A DNA stretch of 64,000 bases from contig OZ336877.1 of assembly GCA_965287045.1 (NCBI GenBank), positions 51,336,001-51,400,000 on the forward strand. Reading direction: 5' to 3'. Below the pieces are notes generated by a model. It did not search any database and was not told the origin of the DNA. It saw only the letters and a list, made by a program, of their open reading frames with translations. Positions within the stretch are counted from its first letter, which is position 1. Every line of letters starts with the position of its first letter. The stretch is from Carcharhinus amblyrhynchos. Its lineage: Eukaryota. The translations under genes and the position numbers were made by a program. Positions 14,421-25,295 of the stretch are shown here, piece after piece.

Positions 14421-15064
14421 GAACAATGTAATTGTAACACAATGTCTTCCGAATTAGATGCTAGAGATTTAGCAGCAAATTTAGGCGCTCTATTTACCTT
14501 TGTGCAGTGCTGATGTAGGTCCCTATGAAGTTCAACTGCAGCTATCTTTGCACCATTCATAGCACATTTATCCAATCTTCCTTTACCTGCCACTTTACAC
14601 CATTCTACGTATTTACATATTTGATCGAATAAGTGCTTTTTTCAACCTCTTCTCCCTACTCTACAGTTTAGAATGCCAGTTTTGCCCTTTACGTCTCCAG
14701 GCAGAAAACATATCAGTTTTGAAAGTGGGTTAGAAGGCTGTGATTGATCTACACTCATTGAAAGTAAACAGTAAGGCTTGGAATGCGATCGAGTGACTGC
14801 ATGTCTCAGTGTGGGGTTCATACTCATGTGAGGTTAGCATCACTTAAAGCTGGCCTGAATCACTTAAAGCCAGCCCATACCTCTTAAAAGGGGAGGTGCA
14901 TTTTGACTGCAGCACGTACCAGAAGTCATTATAGAAGAAAAACCAGTCTGACAACAGGAGTGGAGGTGGTGCAAAATGTCAGAAAGCAGACTCCCAGGTT
15001 TGCATCCCAGATGCAGCACTGGAAGACCTGATCCAGGAGTTGGCCAGAAAGCGATGTCCTGCAT

Positions 15065-16292
15065 CATTAGTGTCACCTGCGAATTTTGACACACTACACT
15101 TGGTCCCAAACTCCAAATCATCTATGTAAATCGTAAACAATTGCAGACCCAACACTGATCCCTGAGGCACATCACTAGTCGCTGATCGCCAACCAGAAAA
15201 ACACCCACTTATCCCCACTCTTTGCTTTCTGCTAGTTATCCAATTCTCTATCCATGCTAATACATTACTCGTAATACAGTGCACCTTTATCGTATGTAGC
15301 AGTCTTGTCAAATACCTTCGGGAAATCCAGATCCAAATCCACAGGTTCCCCACATGTAATTTCTCAAAGAATTCCACTAGATTAGTCAAACATGACCCGC
15401 CCTTCATAAACCCATGCTGTGTCTTACCAATGGGACAATTTATATCCAATGTCTCGCTATTTCTTCCTTGAACATAAGAAATAGGAGCAGGAGTAGGCCA
15501 TTTAGCCCTTCGAGCCTGCCCCGCCATTCAATAAGATCGTGGCTGATCTGTCGTGGCTCAGTTCCACATTCCCGCCCTCTCCCCATAACCCTTAATCCCC
15601 TCTCTTATCAAAAACCCATCAACCCGCGTCTTAAAAATATTTAGCGAGGTAGCCTCCACCACTTCAACGGGCAGAGAATTCCAGAGATTCACCACCCTTT
15701 GAGTGAAGAAGTTCCTCCTCAACTCCGTTCTAAACTGCCCCCCCTTTATCTTGAGGCTGTGCCCCCTAGTCCTACTATCCTTTCTGAGCGGGAAGAGTCC
15801 CTCCACCTCTATCCTATCCATCCCATTCATCATCTTATACGTCTCAATGAGATCTCCCCTCATTCTTCTAAACGCTAACGAGTACAAGCCTAGTTTATTC
15901 AGCCTCCTCATAGCTCAACCCCCTCAACTCCGGCATCAGCCTAGTAAACCTCCTCTGCACTCCCTCCAAGGCCAAAATATCCTTGCATAAGTACGGCGCC
16001 CAAAACTGCACACAGTACTCCAGCTGCGGCCTCACCAATGCCCTACAGAGCCGCAGCAAGACCTCCCTACTTTTATATTCAATCCCCCTCGCTATGAAGG
16101 CCAGCATCCCATTCGCCTTCCTGACCACCTGCTGCACCTGCAAGCTGGGTTTTTGCAACTCATGCACAAGGACCCCAAGGTCCCTCTGCACCGTCACCTG
16201 CTGCAGATGATAGATCCAAGCATTTTCCCTTCTACAGAAGTCAAGCTAATTGGCCTACAGTTACCCACCTTTTGTCTACCTCCTTTTTTAAA
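15065..16292 (-). mobile_element. Older CR1-type LINE RT fragment (15065-15470 plus 16207-16292) split by the younger copy
   Basis: RT motifs QHGFMKGGSCLTNLVEFF, RKQRVGISG, VPQGSVLG and YIDDL..SKFAGDT are present. The sequence TTCTTCCTTG|ATGATAGATCCAAGC rejoins across the insertion. Confidence 0.88.
15471..16206 (-). mobile_element. Young 5'-truncated CR1-type LINE (ORF2 C-terminus, 3' UTR and tail)
   Basis: It translates to QRDLGVLVH..KANGMLAFIARGIEYKS..LVRPQLEYCVQFWAPY..LEGVQRRFTRL and RRMRGDLIETYK..TRGHSLK..RRNFFTQRVVNLWNSLP. There is one 2-bp deletion near 15905 and the tail reads CCTATTTCTTATGTT. Confidence 0.93.
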
Positions 16293-18014
16293 GGATTAGA
16301 GCCATTGATATGGTTGTCCAATGACAAACCAGGAGCCAGCACCCTATCTTGCCTTTGAGATGCCCCATCCCCATCTACCAGATCACAGCTGAGGGCACAG
16401 GAGACCCTGTTGAGGGTTCCAATTCCCTAATGATGGTCTAGCACTTTAAAAAGTGGGCTTAAGTGCTGAGAAGGTGCCTCAAAATGAAGGCACTTTCTTC
16501 TCACCTACAACTGCAGGCTGCAGTGCCACTCACTGCTTCTGGGTTTCATATAACCTCTCAGCTTTGAGAACCTGTCCTTTACCCTGAATTGGGTGAAAAG
16601 GACAGCCTCATGCCACCTATTGGCCAATTAAGACAAAATAAAACTCCAGTTACTGCTCCCAGCAGGGTCAGGATCCACATTTGACATTAATGTCAGGATT
16701 CCAATCCAAACCTGCCCCTATTCTGATTTTTCTGATCACAAAACTGCCAACTTCTCCCTCTCAAGGCTCTCAGTCTCCATTGGAGCAGAGCACATTATTA
16801 AAAAATGCAAAGTAACAAAAGGAAAAGGACTGGGATGTCAAAAGATCACTTTAAAAAGGACATATTATTTTAATTGCTTTCCTACACATGCATTTTTTCC
16901 TATCCAAAAAAGTATCAGCCGACGTGCTCCCTGTCTTCTGCCAACGCTGCTCGAGCTGTCCAGAAAAGATGCTTCAGAAAGAGCCAGAGTATTACGTAGT
17001 ATGATGGCCTAATTGTCTAAACTCATTCATGCAAAACCTTATAGTTGACAGAGGAAGAACATTTTCACTCTTATTGGTCTTGGCCAGGTTGAAGTACAAG
17101 CTCCAGGATTGAAAGAACAGTGTGCCCTCGCAGTGCACTACACAGCTCCTAGTGGATTCATGATAAAAAAAACAAAATGGTTCAGTCCAACATTTTAAAG
17201 AGCAGTTCAAGACTGACTGTGATCTGGAAGGTATTAAAGGTTAGGCTCCTTTCAAATGGATTCTATACTATGCTTTTTAGCATGTTATAACAAGGGTTTG
17301 ACGACTCACAGATACAGAGGCAGATGCAGACACATGTTGTATACCTTAGTGCATACTGAGCGAAACATTACTGTTGCTGCCTGAGTGACATTACATCAAA
17401 AAGGTGTTTTGTTTGCAAGCCCACATGGAAATGTTATCAACACTTTCAAATGTAACCTTCCTTTGCCAAAATGCTACAGGCATGCTCCCAAAAAAGATGT
17501 TGTTCAGGTGGAACAGATAATTGTTTTTCACTGGCATGAGTAATTGCTGAAGGTGTGTGAATCATGCCAAAGATATGCAAAGACTATTTGAAAAACAGTT
17601 TTTCTTGAAACAGATCAGTGTGTCAGTTTATTGTGGCAAATCACATGACTTCTGTGACCTTTCTCTCAGAAAGCTTGAAGAAAGAGGCCCTCAGTCCCAC
17701 GATGGAAAAAAGGAACAGATTTTTGAGGAACATCAATCGAATTTGATGTGGTAGGTGGCATAGGTCATATCAGAAAAGTAGCATTGAACCCCAAGAGCCA
17801 ACCTTGTGAGTTGAAAATTAACACAATTAGGATGAGCATTATCATGAAAGGGTCAAACGCAGAAAGAAGCCCACAAATATTGATTACAAATGGAATAGGG
17901 TTGGGGACAAAGAATGTAGGAAACATACTAAGCATTGTCCAACAGTACGAAATATAAGGTCTTGCAAGAAAGATTAGTCAAATAACCAGAGGGGACTGTT
18001 GGACAAAGCTACAT

Positions 18015-18500
18015 TTAGAGAGATTGTAGTCAGGGTGATTCCTTGTTCAGGAAAGCAAATAGTCACGTGTTTTCAGCTGTCTACCTAGAACTCAAGGAGT
18101 ATATATTGAGCAAAGGTTAGAAATGATACTGCAGGAAACAGATGGCAATCCACAAGAGGAAAGATGTCTTCTCTCTCTTCAAGTACCATGTGCCTTAACA
18201 GGCTGTTGGAGACCAGGGACCTCCATGTTAATCTTGTTTCGGAGATGTGGATTATCTTCATTGGTGGTACATTCATCCCACTTGTGTGACTCTTTAGAAA
18301 GATCATGATTTGACTACATTAAAAATGCCTTAAAAGCCACTATTATGAGAATTTGTTCAAAAAAAATTAGAAAAAAAAGTACTATTGTCACAGAGACTAT
18401 CAGTATGTGGAAAGAAAGGGAAATTGCCAAACAAATTGAGGAGATGACTGAGTAGCTGGCAGCACTGTTTCAGAACAACAATGCTACTTTCATCAACGAC
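18015..18500 (+). mobile_element. Possible CR1 ORF1 SGNH-esterase remnant
   Basis: Frameshifted peptides GDSLFR and VFSCLPRTQGVYIEQRLEMILQETDGNP resemble the GDS..CLPGA..RL..IL blocks of CR1 ORF1 esterase domains. Confidence 0.4.
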
Positions 18501-18774
18501 AGTTCAATACAATCCATGTGGAACACTTTAAATATATAATATTCAGCAGTTAGAACAAATACAGCTAACGATTTCAGACTAAGCAAATATGCTCCTGAAT
18601 GGGTTAGTAAAGATGAGATTAAGAAAGGAAAAATCGTCCATAAAAAAAAACACACAGGATGAAAGGAACAGAGATCTAATTTTAATGAATGAAAATGAAT
18701 GCAGCAACATATTGAGAGAGTGATCTAAGAGACTGAGGAAAGTAGTAAAACAAGGAAACACAAAGTAGTAAGAT

Positions 18775-19375
18775 AAGAGAACACTGGAAAAACTCAGCAA
18801 GCCTGGCAACATCTGTAAGGAGAGAAAGCAGAGAGTTAACTGAGTTCTTTTGGCTCTTCAGCAGAACTAAAGAAAGGGAGAATATGTTAGATATTAAAGT
18901 GTAACTATGAGAGATTGCAACAAAATGTTGCAACTTTAAGAACAAAAGATGGATGGCTTGTTGTGAGAGGGGAGGTTTGTATTGAGGCAATACATGTATG
19001 GGTTATTTTTTAAAAATGAATTTAAGATGGAGAGAAAGGTCATAATCCAAGTTGTTGAACTCAACATCGAGTCCCTAGGGCTGCAACGTATCCAACTGGA
19101 AGATTAGATGCTGCTCCTTCAGCTTGCACTGGGCTTCACTGGAGCATTGCAGCAGGCTGAAGACAGACATGTGGGCATGAGAGCAAGCTGCTGGATTGAA
19201 ATGGCATGCAACAGGGTAGTTGTGGTCATGCTTGCGGACTGAGTAAAGGTGTTCTGCAAAGCGGTCACCCCATCTGCCCGGTGTGGAGGAGATCGCATTG
19301 GGAGCGGCAAATACAAATTGGAGCAAGTGCAAGCAAAACAAAACTTAACCCCAAAGGGGTGTATAGGGCCTTGAA
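18775..19375 (-). mobile_element. Penelope-like retroelement 3' fragment (GIY-YIG endonuclease end plus terminal repeat)
   Basis: The translation GDRFAEHLYSVRKHD..PVACHFN..CSHAHMSV..LLQCSSEAQCKLKEQHLIFQLDTLQP*GL is typical of a Penelope EN C-terminus. A terminal-repeat segment (CAGATGTTGCCAGGCTTGCTGAGTTTTTCCAG) lies at about 18785-18870. Confidence 0.8.
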
Positions 19376-19679
19376 TATATACTACTTTTCCACAATGGTG
19401 TGGAATAGTAGTATATATGCTAAGACTAACTAAACTAATAATAAATATAAAAAAAAACAACTATATCAGTATCAATAACAGATCAGTAATATCTGAAGTG
19501 AGAACTGTAAAAGACGCAAACAGGCTGGAAACTGACGATGAAAATAAAGTAGTAAATAATCAAAATGAATGCTTCCTCTGAGTATACACAAACGAATGTG
19601 TGAAGAATATGCCCTTTTCAATCAAAAATATCTCAAGTAAAGTCAATGGGGTGGATTTTAACCATAAACTGATTATAAA

Positions 19680-20690
19680 TCAGAGCATTTTCTAAATGCT
19701 GAGAAACATTAAAAGAATGAGAGTTCTGAGAGATCAATTACACAACTCATTAAAAGTGGACAGGCACAAAAAGTAATCAAAAAGGATAATGGAATGTTGT
19801 ACTCTATCTCAAAAGGGCTATAATACAGAAGTCAGCAAGTGATGCTTCAGCTGTACACAGCCTTGATCAGATCCCATCTCAAGTACTGTTTTCAATTCTG
19901 AATCTGAACACTGCATTTCCAGAAAGAAATAGTGGCCTTAAATTGGGCGCAGTGCAAAGTCACCAAAATAATACTAGATTACAATGTTACATTATAACAC
20001 CAGTTGTATATAGCTCATTTGCATTTTATCGAGTCTTCACAGAGAAGAGCGAGGGGTGATTAATTTAAACAGGGGACAGACAGAGAAACTATTTCTTCTG
20101 GTAGGGGAAAATAATTTCAGCTGAGAACAAGCCAGATTGGAATGAAATCAAAAAGCTCTTTTTCCATACAAATCCATAGAATCCACAGAATCGCTACAGT
20201 GCAGGAGGCCATTTGGCCCATCAATCATGCACCAACAACTATCCCATCCTGTAATATCACATATTTACTCACTAATCCTCCTAACCTACACACCTTTGGA
20301 TGCTAAGAGCAATGTGGCATGGCCATTCCATCTAACCCACACTTCTCTGGACTGGAGCAACTGGAGGAAACCCATGAAAACATGGGGAGAATGTGCAAAC
20401 TCCACACAGACAGTCGCCCAAGGCTGGAATTGAACCCAGGTACCTGGCGCTGCGAGGCAGCAGTGCTAACCAGAATGTCACTCTGGCACCCAAATGGTGG
20501 GAGAAATTTGTAACAGTCTTTCGCAGAAGTCTGTGGATACTGGGTCAATTCAAATCTTCAATTCAGGAATTGACGTAGGCAAGGGTTTTGTGGAATATAG
20601 AGCAAAGTCAGGAAAATCCACTAAAAGGGAAGGAGGGTCTCAAACTATATTGGATATATTTATTGTTCCATTTACTCCAATGTACTAACT
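19680..20690 (+). mobile_element. Old CR1-type LINE 3' region interrupted by a SINE
   Basis: Remnants QKVIKKDNGML, VMLQLYTALIRSHLKYCFQF and RARGD are present, and the element resumes after 20490 (VGEICNSLSQKSV). Confidence 0.7.
20172..20471 (-). mobile_element. HE1-like V-SINE inserted into an old CR1 fragment
   Basis: The reverse complement shows head GGTTAGCACTGCTGCCTCGCAGCGCCAGG..GGGTTCAATTCC, the V-domain, and tail AATGGCCTCCTGCACTGTAG..ATTCTATGG. Confidence 0.85.
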
Positions 20691-20954
20691 GCTGCCATTT
20701 TGAGACCATATTTCCACATCAGCCACGTGGAAAAAGTCTTTTACCCATGTAATTTTAAGGATAACATTGACAGATTGGTGCTGGCCCTTTAGGGAAACAT
20801 GTTTAACTGTGTATTGATGTAGAGCTAGAAGGAGCAGAAGCATTCGCAGGAGCATTCACCTTGCTCCATAAAACACTATGGGTCACTGCTAGCCCAGGTT
20901 CTCCACCCACTCAGCCTCATTAACACTGTCAACACCATCACTCCCACCCACCAG

Positions 20955-21560
20955 TGTTAATTGTATCAATTAAGGTGAAGTGTCTACAAGTGGGGGACAC
21001 TGATTGGATAATTACTTGTGCTCCTTTAAGGGGCTGTCAGATGGTTAGTTTATTTCTTAGTTTGTTTGTTTCTTTGGCATACTCAAAAAAGTATCAACAC
21101 TCCTTCCATGACTGGCAGCCATCACAGGGGTTCGGGTGCATCGTCACTCCCAGAAACTACATTTTAGTTTCATATTAATTTCATTTAATTTCTTTGATAC
21201 TTTTGGTTTAGTTTCAGTGACATGAAAGTATCCTTTAGACAGGTTTGTTTGTTTATTTACTGGTAACTCAAAAGAGTATAAAAGAGACACTTATTTGTAC
21301 TTTTGAGGGCAGAAGATTTATTTTTGTACAGTTGGAACATCATGATCAGCATGGGCTTGGAGGGCTACAGGGCCTGTTCCTGTGCTGTACTTTTCTTTTT
21401 TCTTATTGACAGTGGTGGTAGATTGTTGTAGAATTAAGAGCAATACTTTTGTAATGTTTCACCTTGTGAATAAATCTAAAGCTGAGTAATGACTGACTTC
21501 AGTCTCTTGCTTCACTGACCGGCTATAGGAAGTTTAACATGGTAGTAAGAAACTGGTTGC
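20955..21560 (+). mobile_element. Degenerate LTR (Gypsy-like) followed by a primer-binding-site remnant
   Basis: Termini are TGTTAA (20955) and TTAACA (ending 21539), with an internal GTATAAAAG near 21276 and AATAAA near 21469. TGGTAGTAAGA follows immediately and resembles the tRNA-iMet PBS (TGGTAGCAGAG). Confidence 0.5.
21331..21404 (+). mobile_element. Very short CR1 3' tail inside the putative LTR
   Basis: GGGCTTGGAGGGCTACAGGGCCTGTTCCTGTGCTGTACTTTTCTTTTTTCT is a CR1-type 3' terminus. Confidence 0.6.
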
Positions 21561-22004
21561 CCAAAGGTGAAGGAATCAATAAGTGTCTCTTTATCTGCAA
21601 TTATCCAATGAGTGCCTCCCAGCCTATTGACACTTAACCTTAATTTATACAATTAACAGATTCCCTAAACAAAACTTAATAAAAGCCAAGACCTCTTTGC
21701 ATCTATCACTGGCACTCGAACCATCTGATATCCCAGCAACTGCTTTGGACTCCCATTTCATGTCTGCAGTTTGCTCATTGAATTAAATAAGGCACAGTTC
21801 ACAATACTGCGGCTGTCTCTTTGGCAATTTCTCCACAAGTTGGTGGCTCAAAAGCTAAAATCTACCCAAATGAGATTGTTTAAAAGTTCTAAATGTGAGC
21901 AATGATATTTATCCTCAAGTGCTGAGAAAGAGAGAATAGGGGAATAGGTTTAGAACAGTTGGCTGCCTCAAGTGCCACCTGTCATTAGTGGTGCAGAACT
22001 ATGA

Positions 22005-22305
22005 CTGAAAAGAAGAGAGACATGCTGTCAAACTTTTTGTCTCACACTGGACAAATGCAAGAATGCCAAATTTCAAAGGGAGCAATAATTTATACTACAT
22101 AACAAAAGGATGCTAACTGGTTGGCAAGTCAACTGGTTGGTTGAGGCATTGCCACGGAGAATGCATCAGGAAGGATAGTTCCCCATACTTTGGTTTAATT
22201 CAAAAGTAGCATAAGATGTGGACATGTTCCTTTTGCTTGCAGAGGACAGCTTCCTATGTACAAATATATGTAGCTTCTAGCAAGTATAAATGAGCCACAA
22301 TCTTA
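22005..22305 (-). mobile_element. Probable Penelope-type remnant (second family)
   Basis: GAAAAGAAGAGAGACATGCTGTCAAAC..GCAAGAATGCCAAATTTCAAAGGG..GGCATTGCCACGGAGAATGCA resembles a recurrent shark repeat as I recall it. No intact ORF is present. Confidence 0.4.
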
Positions 22306-22393
22306 AAGTGGTTAGTATAATTCTCAGCACACTCAGGATTGTTAATGCATGTGCTTGTCCACTAGCAAAATTACATCCAATGTTAGACTTTAT

Positions 22394-22529
22394 GGGCAGA
22401 ATTATCTGGCCATTCACACCCCGCCACCACTGCCAAACAGCATGGAGAATTTGATGCTCAGCCAAATCTGTGTTCACTGCAGGAGGACAGGAGAATCCCG
22501 TTGGCATGAACGGCCAGAGAATCCCACCC
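22394..22529. mobile_element. 136-bp MITE with terminal inverted repeats (PIF/Harbinger-like termini)
   Basis: GGGCAGAATTATCTGGCCATTCACACC and GGCATGAACGGCCAGAGAATCCCACCC form an imperfect inverted repeat of about 27 bp. A related copy lies in opposite orientation at 2286-2403. Confidence 0.7.
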
Positions 22530-23496
22530 AAGATTCTGAGTTTTGCATGCATGGTCTGGTTTAAAATGGTCAGTACTCTACATCATGTGAACAGCCAAAA
22601 GGACATGCTGTTTGATACAATCCACCAGTCACTGGGATGTACAGACTATGCACCTGGTACTTAGTGGCACCGAAATTCAAATACCACTTCACTCATGTAT
22701 GTGGTAGACAGAATGTCAGAGAGTAGGATGGAGATTCATGAGGTGCTGACAACCATTATGAGGAAGCTAATGAAGAGGTACCAGCAGATTGGAAACATTC
22801 TAACCTAATGGTTATGTTAATGAAGCGGATGACTGAACAGACGTACACAACTATCGAACCAGTAGTCTCGTCATTAATCCACATAAATAGTGGAATAAAT
22901 TGTTGGTAAACTTTAACATCATTGGTATAGCAATAACCTAGTTAACAGCAGTCCCCATGGATTCAAAAGGAGGATGCTAATCTACCCAGCCTGCTCTACT
23001 GCTTTGAAGAAATGATGACCCAACAAGGTCTCTGTCAATCCTATGATGGAGTATCTTGACTTCTAAAAGGCTTTGATACACTTCTGCATGAAAGCTTATT
23101 AATTAAACGTGAAAGTGTGGGGTTTCAAAATAAACTCAAGGAATTGATCAGAGACTGATTGAAAGGTAGTAAATTTTTTTTAAAACCTGAATTTAAATTC
23201 AACGAATTCTTGTTAAAGAAACGAAATCAAAGTGGGGTAAATGGTTGCCTCAGGACTTAGTGCTGCAACTGCTACTGTTTCAGCATTATATAAATTGTCT
23301 GGATTCATAAGCTTCGTGTAAAATCATCAAACTTACAGATGATACCCAACTGGAGCAATAGAATTATAAGAGCCAATTACAGAATTAATTAGATGAGTTA
23401 TGTAAGTGGGCAGAATAACGACAGGTGGCACTTGAGGCAACTAACTGTACGAAACAGTGATAAAAATAAACAGACAGTAAACTCCATGAAAATGTT

Positions 23497-23591
23497 GGCA
23501 GCATGATGGTGCAGTGGTTAGCACTGCTGCCTCAGTGCCAGTTCTGGCCAAATGGCCTCCTTCTGCACTATAGGTATTCTATGAATCTATG
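23497..23591 (+). mobile_element. Internally deleted HE1-like SINE (head joined to tail)
   Basis: The head GGTGCAGTGGTTAGCACTGCTGCCTCA is joined almost directly to the tail GGCCAAATGGCCTCCTTCTGCACT..ATTCTATGAATCTATG. Confidence 0.75.
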
Positions 23592-23614
23592 TTGAGATGA
23601 AGCTAGGAAAGGAC

Positions 23615-25002
23615 AGATGGATGACTTAGTGATATCATTAGACTAGTAATCCTGAGGCCCATGCTATTACTCTGGGGACACAAGTTTAAATCCCAACATG
23701 GCATTGCAGGAGTTTAAATGAAATTAATTAATATCTCTAGAATTGAAAGCTGGTCTCAGTAATAAAACTATCAATTGTCTTAAATGTCCATCTGCTTCAC
23801 TAATATCCCTTCAGGGAAGGAAGACTGTTGCCCTTATCTGATCTAGACTACGTATGGCTCTAGAAATATAAGAATGAGTAGGCCATTCAGCCCATCAAAC
23901 CTGCTCTGCCATACAATATGAATATGGCTGATTGGACCCTTCAAAGTTTTTTGCACCCACTATCCCTATAAACTTTGACATGATTGTTAGTCAGAAATCT
24001 ATCAACATCTACCTTAAACAAACCCAATGGCTGAGCTTTCACAGCCTTCTGGGGTAGAGAATTCTACAGATTCACAACACTGTGTGTAAAGAAATTTCTC
24101 TTCATCTCAGTCCTAAGTGGCATCCTCTTTATTTTGAAATTATGCACCCTAGTTCTAGATTCCCCAACCAATGGAAACATCTGACTTGCATCTACCCTTC
24201 TATTCCTTTAAGTATCTTGTAGGTGTCAACACAATCACCTCTCATTCTTTGAAGCTCTAGCGTTTGCCCAATCTCTCTTCATAAGACAGTCCCATTACCC
24301 CTGGAACAAGTCTGGTGAGTGTGTGCTGCACTCGTTCCATGACAATAATGTCCTTTCTGAGGTACGAGGAGCAAAACTGCACACAGTACTCCAGGTGCAA
24401 TCTAACTAAGCTTCTATACAAATAAAGCAAAACCTCACTACCTGTACTCAAATCCTCTTGTGATAAAAGCTAACGTTCCATTCGCCTTTCTATTAACTTG
24501 CTGCACCTGCATGTTAGCCTTACATGACTAATGGACAAGGATTTTCTATATTTCTTAATTTCTCACCATTTAGGTAATACTCTGCACATCATCTGTTCCT
24601 TCCACCAATGTGGGTTACCTCATATTTTTCCTCATTATATGTTATCTGCCATATTCTTACCTACTCACTAAATCTGTCCAAATCCTTCTGTAGCTGCTTT
24701 ACATCTTCCTCACCACACACATTTCCACCTAGCTTTGTATCATCTGCAAACTTGGAAATATTAAATTTGGAAAAATTTGGTCTCCACATCCAAATCATTG
24801 ATATATATTGTGAACAGCTGGGGCCCAAGTAATGATCCTTGTAGTACCCTGCTAGCCACAACCTGCCAACTCGAGAATGACTCATTTATTCCTATTCTAG
24901 ACACACTGCAATGTGGTTGATTCTGAAATGACCTGGCAAGTTGTTCCAATTATGGATGGACAACAAACGTTAGGCTCATCAGTGATACACATATCAAAAA
25001 AT
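23615..25002 (+). mobile_element. tRNA-derived SINE split by a CR1 insertion (23615-23864 plus 24896-25002)
   Basis: The head has A/B-box-like segments (TGACTTAGTG..ACTAGTAATCC..AAGTTTAAATCCC) and the body has CATCTGCTTCACTAATATCCCTTCAGGGAAGG. It resumes as CACTGCAATGTGGTTGA..GGATGGACAACAAACG with an A-rich end. The tail resembles the 3' end of the LINE at 13225-13750. Confidence 0.65.
23865..24895 (-). mobile_element. Degraded CR1-type LINE 3' kilobase with putative TCTAGA target-site duplication
   Basis: Motifs QGSLLGPQLFTIYINDL, ISKFADDTKLGG, LVRLHLEYCVQF and GLSYEERLG are present. TCTAGA occurs at 23859-23864 and 24896-24901. Confidence 0.88.
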
Positions 25003-25295
25003 TCTCTCAATGCAGATCAGCAATCAATAAAGCAAATAGGATGAACTACATCACCTAATTGTGAATATGAAAGTAATAATCAAACTGACTACGACTTGAA
25101 TACTATGTCCCCCAATCTAATCACCAAAACACACAATGGCCTTTAAATCTTTCAGTGCTGTCCCTGCTACAATATCTGGATGGAAGTAAAACAAGCAACT
25201 AACTTGAACTTGCCCAGTCATAACATAACCAATATTGCTAATCAATAAAACATAATTTGATGACAGAAACTATAGCTGTTCTTAAACTGAGCCTG

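Larger units (their letters stand above)
14700..16737 (+). mobile_element. Possible Harbinger-type remnant (14700-15064 plus 16293-16737) hosting the nested CR1 pair
   Basis: A frameshifted peptide RKQTPRF/PDAALEDLIQELARKR at about 14980-15055 resembles Harbinger Myb/SANT-like accessory proteins. The ends (GGCAGAAAA and TTTTTCTGATC) are only weakly inverted. Confidence 0.35.
22770..25110 (+). mobile_element. Ancient CR1-type LINE ORF2 remnant in pieces (about 22770-23495, 23590-23615, 25003-25110)
   Basis: Remnant motifs appear in collinear order across later insertions: VPADW, HGFKRR, YLDF*KAFDT, PQDLVL, DDTQLE, KWAE, then QCRSAINKANRM and LEYYV. Confidence 0.65.
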
